From contig JBDRIL010000037.1 in NCBI GenBank assembly GCA_043815885.1, positions 1 to 32,240 of the forward strand: 32,240 nucleotides of DNA, written 5' to 3'. Below are positions 1 through 7,792 of this stretch, piece after piece; position 1 is the first letter of the stretch; each line of letters begins with the position of its first letter. Source of the stretch: an archaeon (GTDB lineage: Archaea; Iainarchaeota; Iainarchaeia; Iainarchaeales; 1-14-0-10-31-34). The notes beneath the pieces were generated by a model. It searched no databases. It was not told the origin of the DNA and was given only the letters and a program-made list of their open reading frames with translations. The position numbers and the translations under genes were made by a program.

Positions 1-2
1 TA

Positions 3-566
3 AGACAACTTTTAACAATAAAAATAAAGATTGATAGAAACAAAATTTTGTTCTTTGACCAGAATTCAGAAGATATTATAAGAAATTTGAAATTCATTGA
101 AGAAGTCTATTTTGAGAGATTAAAATCTGAATGGATGGAATATATCTTATTAGTAAAATCAGAAGGGGGAAAGACAAAAATTGTTGATGTCATTATCTCA
201 AAATTGGTTCACCTATGCCAACAAGGATATAACCCCATCCTGTTGATAGATTTGGATGGTGGCACAATAAATCCTTTTGGAAAAAAACTTAAAGAAAAGT
301 TAACCAATAGATTTAGAGGGTGTAATCTAAACTTAAATTCGTGCAAGTTATTAGATAAGATTGATGAAGCTTCTATGTGGTCGATTGAATTGTTTAAAAA
401 TGCCAAAAATATTGGTACGATATATGTTATAGGATTTCACTCAAAGTTGGAAGATGTGATAGGAATTAAAGATACTGATAGCGATGAAGAAAAAAAAGTT
501 ATAGCAAATACTTATATTAAAAATAGCCGTATACACGAGATGTTTCAGAAAGCATTACAAATTTAG
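3..566 (+). CDS. Partial (5'-truncated by the window edge) hypothetical protein, possibly TOPRIM-like (DUF3226/OLD-associated type)
   Basis: The frame is open from position 3 (RQLLTIKIKIDRNKIL...) into the 48..566 ORF, so the true start is probably outside the window. It has 'LVKSEGGK' followed by a hydrophobic strand ending in DxD (PILLIDLDGG). The family call is weak. Confidence 0.5.
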   Translation, partial: RQLLTIKIKIDRNKILFFDQNSEDIIRNLKFIEEVYFERLKSEWMEYILLVKSEGGKTKIVDVIISKLVHLCQQGYNPILLIDLDGGTINPFGKKLKEKLTNRFRGCNLNLNSCKLLDKIDEASMWSIELFKNAKNIGTIYVIGFHSKLEDVIGIKDTDSDEEKKVIANTYIKNSRIHEMFQKALQI

Positions 567-675
567 GATGATGATTGAAAATGACCGATATCAACCGCAT
601 TCGACTTAATTTTCATCAACCGTTAATACGACAAAGCCCTGAAAGCGGGTTCTGAATAGCTTTTTAAGGCTTCCG

Positions 676-690
676 TAACCTTTTTATATC
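676..690 (+). promoter_or_regulatory. Putative archaeal TATA-box promoter of tbp
   Basis: TAACCTTTTTATATC lies about 55 nt upstream of the ATG; an SD-like GGAGGGGGGG is at 731-740. Confidence 0.4.
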
Positions 691-742
691 TAGTATTTAA
701 ATGACTTAAACATAATGATTCGCTTTCTTTGGAGGGGGGGAA

Positions 743-1504
743 ATGAAAATGGAATATCACATTGTGAATTTAGTTGCTTCATCTAACCTGAATGCTACAC
801 TTGATTTATATAATCTGGCTATTTCTGTTCCAAACATTGAGTATGAACCGGAACAGTTTCCTGGAGCAATACTTAAATTAAAGGAACCAAAGGTTTCAAT
901 GCTTTTATTCAAGAACGGAAAAGTAATCTGCAGCGGGGCATCAAATGAAAAAGAAATATCCCAGGGAATCCTTAAAGCAAGCAAAATAATTCATGAAATC
1001 CAGCCCAAAGTAAAGGTATTGAAGGAAGTGGAATACACTGTAGTGAATCTGGTTGCTACAGCTAACCTGAACCAAACACTTGATTTATTCCAGACAGCAT
1101 TGACTCTGGATAACGTTGAATACGAGCCAGAACAGTTTCCTGGAGCAATATTAAGGCTGGAAGACCCAAAGCTAACTTTATTGTTATTCAAGAACGGAAA
1201 AGTGATTTGTGCCGGAGCAAAGAAAGAGGAATACTTGAAGAAAGGTCTGGAAAAAGCAGCTCAATTAATCAGCACGGTAGGGAAAGCAGAAACATCGAAA
1301 AGGATATTCAAGATGAAAGTGCCAAAGCCGGTAATTAAGGTAAAGCCAACGAAAAAAGTCAAAGCCAAAAAGAAGGTTAAGAAGAAAACAGTGAAGAAAA
1401 AAGTAAAAAAGAAAGGCAAACCAAAAAAGGCAGTGAAAAAGAAAGCCAAACCCAAAGCAAAAAAGGTAAAAAAGAAGGCTAAAAAGAGCAAAAGAAAGAA
1501 ATAA
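743..1504 (+). CDS. tbp: TATA-box-binding protein with a Lys-rich C-terminal extension
   Basis: Two TBP repeats, each with VNLVA...YEPEQFPGA...LLFKNGKVICxGA. The start could be 743 or 749. Confidence 0.97.
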   Translation: MKMEYHIVNLVASSNLNATLDLYNLAISVPNIEYEPEQFPGAILKLKEPKVSMLLFKNGKVICSGASNEKEISQGILKASKIIHEIQPKVKVLKEVEYTVVNLVATANLNQTLDLFQTALTLDNVEYEPEQFPGAILRLEDPKLTLLLFKNGKVICAGAKKEEYLKKGLEKAAQLISTVGKAETSKRIFKMKVPKPVIKVKPTKKVKAKKKVKKKTVKKKVKKKGKPKKAVKKKAKPKAKKVKKKAKKSKRKK

Positions 1505-1529
1505 AAAGGATTTCAAACAGTACTATTAT

Positions 1530-1649
1530 TGATTAGCGGCCATAGCGAAGGGGAAACACCTGGACTCATCCCGAACCCAGAAGTTAAGACCTTCAGCGAT
1601 TAGGTTTGCACTGCTTTTTTAAGTGGAGCGCCCTTGACGCTGCTAATCA
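1530..1649 (+). rRNA. rrf: 5S ribosomal RNA (not linked to 16S/23S in this window)
   Basis: 120 nt. Terminal helix I TGATTAGCGGC/GCTGCTAATCA, with conserved GGCCATAGCG, ACACCTGGACTCATCCCGAACCCAGAAGTTAAG. Confidence 0.95.
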
Positions 1650-1662
1650 TTTACTTTTTATT
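1650..1662 (+). terminator. T-rich putative archaeal terminator after 5S rRNA
   Basis: TTTACTTTTTATT follows the 5S 3' end directly. Confidence 0.35.
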
Positions 1663-1680
1663 AAACTGATTCTGTTTTCA

Positions 1681-3405
1681 TTATTGTTTTAGTTTTTCTG
1701 GGGATGGGTGTTGGTGTCTTTGTTTGTGTCTTTCTTTTAAGTGATTGATGTGTTTTTCTTTTTCTTTGAGGAATTCGTTTAAGTTCATTCCGTGCTTGTG
1801 TATCAGGGATGACGCGTGCTGGCCCCCTAAAAAGTAAGGCATTACTACATAGGTTGCACCGTTCTCATACAGGTTTAGTGCTTCCTCTATCTGGTGGCAT
1901 ACAATGATTATTATTGCGTTTTTATTGTTTTCCCTGACTTTTTTTATCAAAAGCAGGTTGGTTTCACTGTCTGGAATGGTTGAAATTATCATTTTTGCGC
2001 TGGAGAAATTCAATTGATTCATTAACTCCATGTCGTCTGCGTCTCCATACCTGCATTCATATCCTTCTTTAGCTAAACAGGTTATTTTTTCAGGGTCATA
2101 GTCAATGATGAGGAATTTTTTTCCGAGATCCTTAATGGGTTCAAGCAGACTGAAGCCAATCCTGTCATAACCAAACAATATGACTTCATAGTGTTCGCCT
2201 TTGTGATAGATGTGTTCGTCAATCTTCTTCCCTCTCCTTTCAAACACCCCCAGATATTTAGAGATGTGCAGGTACAGTTTATTGGCATGCATTATCAGGT
2301 AAGTGGAACCAAGTATTGTTATGAGCCCTATTGCTGTTACCATTGACAGTATGTTATTTGAGACATGGCCTAACTTTACTCCAAGAGCAACCAATATCAG
2401 GGAAAACTCGCTTATTTGAGCGACTGTCAGGCCGGCAAGAAATGCATTTCTCTTAGTGTATTTAAGCAAGCCCATTAAAACCATTACTATGAGCGGGTTT
2501 CCAATTAGAATGAATAATGAAAAAATCAGGATAGGCAGAAAGAATTCTGATACATTCATGAAAATCATCTGCGAACCCAACAAAACAAAAAAGAACAGAA
2601 TAAAGAAGTCTCTCAATACATTCATTCTTAATTTAATTTCATGGTGATAGGGAGAGACAGACATGCATACTCCTGCAATCAGTGCCCCGATCTCTATAGA
2701 GAAATTCAGGTAGCCAAAAACAACAGACAAAAGCAATAGCCAGCCAATGGAAAACAGCAATAGAAATTCCTGGAACTTGGCTATTGCCTTAATGATTCTC
2801 GGTAAAACAAAAATGCTGAAGAGAGCAATAAACAATAATGTACCCGCTCCAACCAAAATGCTTTCCAGAGTAATTGCCATTATATTAAATCCGCCAGTGG
2901 AAGAGGATATCAACATTAAAATTATTACTGCTATTACGTCCTGAACAATAAGAAAACCAACCGATATTCTTCCATAAAGTGTCTGGAGATCGCCTTTGTC
3001 TGAGAGAAGCTTTACAATTATAATAGTGCTGCTGAAGGTCAAGGCTATTGCAATATACAGTGCAGGAATATCAGGAAAACCCAATAACTTTGCAATAAAG
3101 AACCCTATAAGGGTAGTGAACAGAACTTGGCCGATTCCGGTTATCAGAGAAACCTTTCCAACACTCTTCATTATCCTTGGATTCAGGCTGAGCCCTGCAA
3201 TAAACAAAAGGAATACTATCCCGAAATGGGAGAAAGTCGCAACCAGGTCAGTTGATTTTACTATATTCAGGAAAAGAGGGCCGGCAATTATTCCGGTAAT
3301 TATGTATCCTATTATCAGTGGCTGCTTGAATAACTTCATTATTCCTGAAACAATTACTGCAAGAACCACGATTATGCTTAATTCAATAAAAACGCTCTCA
3401 ATCAT
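1681..3405 (-). CDS. CPA2/Kef-family cation:proton antiporter with C-terminal TrkA-N (RCK) domain
   Basis: About 12-13 hydrophobic segments with motifs FSSTIIIVKLL, LIVQD and AQISEFS; C-terminal GYDRIG...DYDPE...YGDADD. Confidence 0.92.
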   Translation of the reverse strand: MIESVFIELSIIVVLAVIVSGIMKLFKQPLIIGYIITGIIAGPLFLNIVKSTDLVATFSHFGIVFLLFIAGLSLNPRIMKSVGKVSLITGIGQVLFTTLIGFFIAKLLGFPDIPALYIAIALTFSSTIIIVKLLSDKGDLQTLYGRISVGFLIVQDVIAVIILMLISSSTGGFNIMAITLESILVGAGTLLFIALFSIFVLPRIIKAIAKFQEFLLLFSIGWLLLLSVVFGYLNFSIEIGALIAGVCMSVSPYHHEIKLRMNVLRDFFILFFFVLLGSQMIFMNVSEFFLPILIFSLFILIGNPLIVMVLMGLLKYTKRNAFLAGLTVAQISEFSLILVALGVKLGHVSNNILSMVTAIGLITILGSTYLIMHANKLYLHISKYLGVFERRGKKIDEHIYHKGEHYEVILFGYDRIGFSLLEPIKDLGKKFLIIDYDPEKITCLAKEGYECRYGDADDMELMNQLNFSSAKMIISTIPDSETNLLLIKKVRENNKNAIIIIVCHQIEEALNLYENGATYVVMPYFLGGQHASSLIHKHGMNLNEFLKEKEKHINHLKERHKQRHQHPSPEKLKQ

Positions 3406-3541
3406 TTTCCAATTCCTCTATCCTTATTTGAACGCAATTAAATATATTGCATTACCTACTTATAAAGATTCCTGGAAATTCCATTAGCTTTTTATTGGTT
3501 TTATTGGAAGGTTATTATTTACTATTTGAGGAGGCAAGAGA

Positions 3542-4336
3542 ATGAGCTGGGGATTAAAGAACAGGCTTTCAAGAATAATTCAGCCAAAGGATGGACGAAC
3601 AGTAATGCTTGCAATAGACCATGGGTATTTTTTAGGGCCGATAAGCAAATTAGAGGATCCAAGAAAAACGATTACTCCATTGATTCCTTATGCTGATGCA
3701 TTGATGCCTACAAGAGGAATAATTAGAACGTGTTTTGATGAAACACTGGAAAAGCCGTTTGTTTTGAGGGTTTCTGGAGGAAACAGCATTATCGGAGAGG
3801 ATCTATCCAATGAAGGAATAACTACTCCAATGGAGGAAGCAGTGAGACTGAATGCTTCTGCTGTTGCATTAAGCATTTATGTTGGAACAAAGCACGAAAA
3901 AGAGACATTGCTGAATTTATCTCATTTGGTGAGTGAAGGAGAAGAAAAAGGAATTCCTGTTCTGGCGGTGACTGCAGTGGGAAAGGAACTAGAAAAGAGA
4001 GATGCAAGGTATCTGAGTTTATGCTGCAGGATAGCAGCAGAATTAGGAGCGCATTTCGTGAAAACATATTACTGTGAAGACTTTGAGAAGGTAGTGAATG
4101 GATGTCCTGTTCCATTGGTTATTGCTGGCGGTCCTAAAATGAAGACAGAAATGGATGTATTCCAGATGGCTTACGATGCATTGGAGGCAGGAGCAATCGG
4201 AGTTGACATGGGAAGGAATATCTGGCAGAACGAGAATGCAATTGGAATGATTAAGGCAGTAAGGGCAGTAGTGCATGAAAAGGCTTCTCCAAAAGAAGCA
4301 ATGGAAGTCTTTGAAAGCGAGAAAAAGAAAAAATAA
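3542..4336 (+). CDS. lsrF: LsrF-type 3-hydroxy-5-phosphonooxypentane-2,4-dione thiolase (class I aldolase fold)
   Basis: MSWGLKNRLSRII, MLAIDHGYFLGP, RDARY, catalytic Lys in VKTYY, IAGGPK, GVDMGRNIWQ; SD GAGGAGG at 3528-3534. Confidence 0.88.
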   Translation: MSWGLKNRLSRIIQPKDGRTVMLAIDHGYFLGPISKLEDPRKTITPLIPYADALMPTRGIIRTCFDETLEKPFVLRVSGGNSIIGEDLSNEGITTPMEEAVRLNASAVALSIYVGTKHEKETLLNLSHLVSEGEEKGIPVLAVTAVGKELEKRDARYLSLCCRIAAELGAHFVKTYYCEDFEKVVNGCPVPLVIAGGPKMKTEMDVFQMAYDALEAGAIGVDMGRNIWQNENAIGMIKAVRAVVHEKASPKEAMEVFESEKKKK

Positions 4337-4358
4337 AAACTTTTTTTAGTGAAAGGAA

Positions 4359-5378
4359 ATGAAGGCAGCAGTATATTACAGCAACAGAGATGTGAGAATA
4401 GAGGAAGTGGAAAAGCCAGTGATAGAGGAAGGAGAATTACTGATTAGAGTTAAAGCTAGCAGTATCTGCGGCAGCGATGTAATGGAATGGTACAGGAAAA
4501 AGAAGGCTCCAATTGTATTAGGACATGAAGTAACAGGAGTAATAGAAGAAATTGGAAGGAATGTTAAGGGATTCAGGAAAGGAGACAGGGTGTTTGTAAC
4601 GCATCATGTTCCGTGCAATGAATGCTGGTATTGCGGAAAAGGAAAGGAAACTGTTTGTGATACATTAAAGAAGACTAATTTTATTCCAGGAGGATTTGCT
4701 GAATTCATCAGGATTCCAAAGACAAATGTAGAAAAAGGAACAATTAAGTTGCCTGAAGAAGTTTCTTTTGAGGAAGGAAGCTTCATTGAACCTTTAGGGT
4801 GTGTGGTCAGAGGCCAGAGAATTGCGGGAATGAAGAAGGGAAGTAATGTACTGGTTTTAGGGGGCGGGATTTCCGGATTGCTTCACATTCAGTTGGCAAA
4901 GGTATTGGGAGCAAAAAAAATTATTGCAACTGACGTGAATGAATACAGGTTGAATGCAGCAGAAAAATTTGGAGCAGATAAGGCAATTAAAGCAGGAGAG
5001 CTTAATGCAGAGAAATTGATTGAATTGAATGAAGGAAGGAAAGCTGATTTGGTTATTGTCTGCACTGGAGCAAAGAAAGCTTTTACTCAGGCATTTGAGT
5101 CAGTGGAAAAAGGAGGAACCATTCTATTGTTTGCTCCAACGCTTCCGGGAGAGAGTGTTCCTTTTCCTGTAAATGATGTGTGGATGAAGGGAGTGACAAT
5201 CACTGCTTCCTATGCAGCAGTAAAAGAGGATTTAATGGAAGCAATTAAATTAATCAGGGAAAAGAAAGTGAAAGTAAAGGAAATGATTACACATAAACTG
5301 AAATTAGAGGAAACAGGGAAAGGGTTCGAGTTAGTGGAAAAAGCAGAGGATTCAATTAAAGTAATTATTTATCCCTGA
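4359..5378 (+). CDS. Zn-dependent medium-chain (polyol/threonine dehydrogenase-like) dehydrogenase
   Basis: ICGSD, GHE, structural Zn motif CxxCxxCx7C, EPLGC and Rossmann GGGISG. The Asp in ATDV suggests NAD preference. Confidence 0.92.
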   Translation: MKAAVYYSNRDVRIEEVEKPVIEEGELLIRVKASSICGSDVMEWYRKKKAPIVLGHEVTGVIEEIGRNVKGFRKGDRVFVTHHVPCNECWYCGKGKETVCDTLKKTNFIPGGFAEFIRIPKTNVEKGTIKLPEEVSFEEGSFIEPLGCVVRGQRIAGMKKGSNVLVLGGGISGLLHIQLAKVLGAKKIIATDVNEYRLNAAEKFGADKAIKAGELNAEKLIELNEGRKADLVIVCTGAKKAFTQAFESVEKGGTILLFAPTLPGESVPFPVNDVWMKGVTITASYAAVKEDLMEAIKLIREKKVKVKEMITHKLKLEETGKGFELVEKAEDSIKVIIYP

Positions 5379-5379
5379 T

Positions 5380-6621
5380 TTAAATTCCCTTCAGAGCGCA
5401 GTACTCACCGCACATGGAACAGAAATCATTGCTTACTTTTGATTTTTTTCTGTATGCAATGGCTTTTTCTTTGTCTATTGCCAGAGAAAACATTTTGTTC
5501 CAGTTAAGCTTTTTTCTGTGGAAGGACATTTTTTCATCCCATTCCTTTGCTCCTTTAAGGCCTTTAGCGATGTCTGCTGCATGGGCAGCAATTCTTCCGG
5601 CAATCACTCCTTCCTTTACGTCTTCAATTGAGGGAAGGCTTAAGTGTTCTGCAGGAGTAACATAGCAGAGGAAGTCAGCTCCGTGGAATGCAGCCAAGGC
5701 TCCGCCAATTGCAGCAGTAATGTGGTCATAGCCAGGAGCAATATCTGTCACTAATGGCCCGAGAACATAGAATGGAGCATTATTGCAGTATTTTTTCTCT
5801 AATTCAATATTTCTCTTTATTTCATGCAATGGAATATGCCCTGGGCCTTCAATCATTACCTGAACATCTTTTTTCCAAGCGCGTTGAGTTAGTTTACCTA
5901 ATTCTTTTAGTTCACTTATTTGGGCTTTATCGGTTGAATCAAAGATGCTTCCAGGCCTTAAGCCATCGCCTAAACTGAGAGTTAAATCATATTTTTTTGC
6001 AATCTCTAATACTTCATCAAATGCTTCATATAAAGGGTTTTCCTGCTGGAAGTGATTCATCCATTTAATGAGCAAGGAACCGCCTCTGCTTACTACGCCA
6101 GTTTTTCTTTTTTTCAGGAGAGGAATGATTTTTTTTCTTACTCCTGAATGGATTGTAACAAAATCCACTCCGTCTTTCGCGTGTCTTTCAATTGATTGAA
6201 GGAAGTCTTTTTCCTGGACATTGAAGAATTTTTTTTCGATAAATGGCTGGTAGACTGGAACTGTTCCAATAGGAACAGAGCAGTTGCTTATTACTTTTTT
6301 TCTAATTGAATCAATGTTTCCTCCAATGCTTAAATCCATTACTGTATCGGTTCCAGCATTGAGTGCAACCTTTAATTTCCTTAATTCTGTTTTAAGGTTT
6401 GATTCACAGGGAGAACTGCCGATATTTGCGTTAACCTTTACCCTTAAACCTTCCCCTATCCCAATTGGGGAGAGTTTTTTATGGAGAGGATTTGCAGGAA
6501 TTACTGCTCGGCCTTTGGAAATTTTTTTTCTGAGAGAATCAGCTGAAAGAGATTCTTTTTTTGCGACTGTTTTCATTTCTCTGGTAATTATTCCTTTTCG
6601 GGCTTTCTCTAATTGAGTCAT
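5380..6621 (-). CDS. thiC: Phosphomethylpyrimidine synthase ThiC (short archaeal/anaerobe type)
   Basis: KVNANIG, TVMDLS, IGTVPVYQ, VSRGGS, SLGDGLRPG, MIEGPGH, FYVLGPLVTDIAPGYDH, YVTPAEHL, C-terminal CSMCGEYC. Confidence 0.9.
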   Translation of the reverse strand: MTQLEKARKGIITREMKTVAKKESLSADSLRKKISKGRAVIPANPLHKKLSPIGIGEGLRVKVNANIGSSPCESNLKTELRKLKVALNAGTDTVMDLSIGGNIDSIRKKVISNCSVPIGTVPVYQPFIEKKFFNVQEKDFLQSIERHAKDGVDFVTIHSGVRKKIIPLLKKRKTGVVSRGGSLLIKWMNHFQQENPLYEAFDEVLEIAKKYDLTLSLGDGLRPGSIFDSTDKAQISELKELGKLTQRAWKKDVQVMIEGPGHIPLHEIKRNIELEKKYCNNAPFYVLGPLVTDIAPGYDHITAAIGGALAAFHGADFLCYVTPAEHLSLPSIEDVKEGVIAGRIAAHAADIAKGLKGAKEWDEKMSFHRKKLNWNKMFSLAIDKEKAIAYRKKSKVSNDFCSMCGEYCALKGI

Positions 6622-6627
6622 GAAGGA

Positions 6628-7686
6628 TTACTTCCAGGACAGGGTTTTTATTTCTTGCGGGGAAAGAAGGCCTCTCTCAGTGAGAATTCCTTTAATGTAT
6701 TTGGCTGGAGTGACATCAAAGGCAGGATTTCTTGCATTAGAAGAAGGATTGCTTATGCGGAATTTTTCTTGTACGCCATTTTCATTCAAGCCTGTCTGGA
6801 ATAATACTTCTTCCTGGCTTCTTTCTTCAATTGGAATGGAGGAACCTTCCTTTACACTGAAATCAATTGAAGAGGTAGGAGCAGCAATGTAAAAAGGAAT
6901 ATTGAATTCCTTTGCAAGGATTGCTTTTTCAAGTGTGCCGATTTTGTTGGCGGAATCTCCGTTCAATGCAATCCTGTCAGCTCCAACAATAACTAAATCA
7001 ATTTCTTTTTTACTCATGTAATGGGCTGCGGCATTGTCAGGAATAATGGAATGAGGGACTCCTTCATTACTCAATTCCCATGCAGTTAGTTTTGCTCCCT
7101 GCAATTTTGGACGGGTTTCATCTACAAATACAAATACTTTCTTTCCTTTTCTGTGAGAGACATAGATTGGGCTTAAAGCTGTACCGTAATCAACAAATGC
7201 AAGCCATCCGGCATTACAGTGCGTGAGTATTTTCATTCCGTCCCTAATTAGAAGCTTTTCTCCTAGTTCGCCGATTTTTTTGCATGAAGCTGCATCTTCG
7301 TCTGCAATCTTTTTTGCTTCCAGGAATGCAGTCTGGGAAGGCCTTACAGAGGACTTTGCTTTATCGAATACTCTTTTTGTTGCATGGAATAAATTAATTG
7401 CCGTAGGGCGGGTGGATTCAATTTCCTTCCTTGCTTCTACTGCAAAGTTTAAATCAGAATTTCCTTCAATGAATGCCTGTGCTAGAGCAAATGCTGCTGC
7501 TGCACCAACTGCTCCAGCACCCCTTACAGTCATATTATTTATTGCTTCAATGGCTTCCCTGTAGGTTTTGCATTCGTGGATTTCAAAAGAAAAAGGAAGT
7601 TTTTCCTGATTGATGAGAAAAACCTTTGAACCTTCCATCCACACAGTGAGGTAATGCTTTTCTTTTCCTTCTACTTTTACTTTCAT
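6628..7686 (-). CDS. mtnA: Methylthioribose-1-phosphate / 5-deoxyribose-1-phosphate isomerase
   Basis: MTVRGA, TRPTAINL, LTHCNAGWLAFVDYGTAL, DETRP.LQGAKLTAWEL, GADRI, NKIGT, NPAFDVTP. The ATG at 7686 (MKVKVEG) is preferred over the TTG at 7710. Confidence 0.92.
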   Translation of the reverse strand: MKVKVEGKEKHYLTVWMEGSKVFLINQEKLPFSFEIHECKTYREAIEAINNMTVRGAGAVGAAAAFALAQAFIEGNSDLNFAVEARKEIESTRPTAINLFHATKRVFDKAKSSVRPSQTAFLEAKKIADEDAASCKKIGELGEKLLIRDGMKILTHCNAGWLAFVDYGTALSPIYVSHRKGKKVFVFVDETRPKLQGAKLTAWELSNEGVPHSIIPDNAAAHYMSKKEIDLVIVGADRIALNGDSANKIGTLEKAILAKEFNIPFYIAAPTSSIDFSVKEGSSIPIEERSQEEVLFQTGLNENGVQEKFRISNPSSNARNPAFDVTPAKYIKGILTERGLLSPQEIKTLSWK

Positions 7687-7792
7687 AAAAAAAACCTGCT
7701 TTTGGTACAATAATAAAAGTAAAAGAGTATGTTTTAATTTATTTGCCTTTCCTTATTAATTACATTATAACTTGGTTCTTTAGTGAAAAATA

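Noticed and set aside
634..654. Small hairpin AGCCC-TGAAAGC-GGGTT upstream of tbp
   Set aside because: The stem is too short to support an RNA or terminator call.
731..740. G7 tract in the tbp SD (and G7 at 8014-8020 in aglB) as phase-variable sites
   Set aside because: The tracts are short, explained by SD or Gly codons, and both genes are intact.
1261..1516. Phe-rich minus-strand ORFs
   Set aside because: They are the antisense shadow of the poly-Lys codons of tbp.
3434..3450. GCAAT-N7-ATTGC palindrome between the antiporter gene and lsrF
   Set aside because: Five-bp arms in AT-rich DNA are expected by chance, and no second copy was seen.
2996..3487. 163-aa plus-strand ORF and the other short antisense or nested ORFs (e.g. 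6620-6892, 28708-29187)
   Set aside because: They overlap well-supported genes and show no recognisable motifs.
3542..4336. AI-2 quorum-sensing (lsr) operon
   Set aside because: Only lsrF is present; no lsrK, lsrG, lsrR or transporter is in the window.
3542..4336. Archaeal class I fructose-bisphosphate aldolase or ADH synthase
   Set aside because: Same fold, but WG.KNRL, DHGYF.GP, VKTYY and VDMGRNI fit LsrF better.
6628..7686. eIF2B subunit or ribose-1,5-bisphosphate isomerase
   Set aside because: HCNAG.LA...GTAL and LQGAKLTAWEL are MtnA-type, and the N-terminal 'Q..LP' region is present.
6622..7792. TPP riboswitch controlling thiC
   Set aside because: There is only a 6-nt gap before thiC, and the region upstream of mtnA is AT-rich with no TPP aptamer core.
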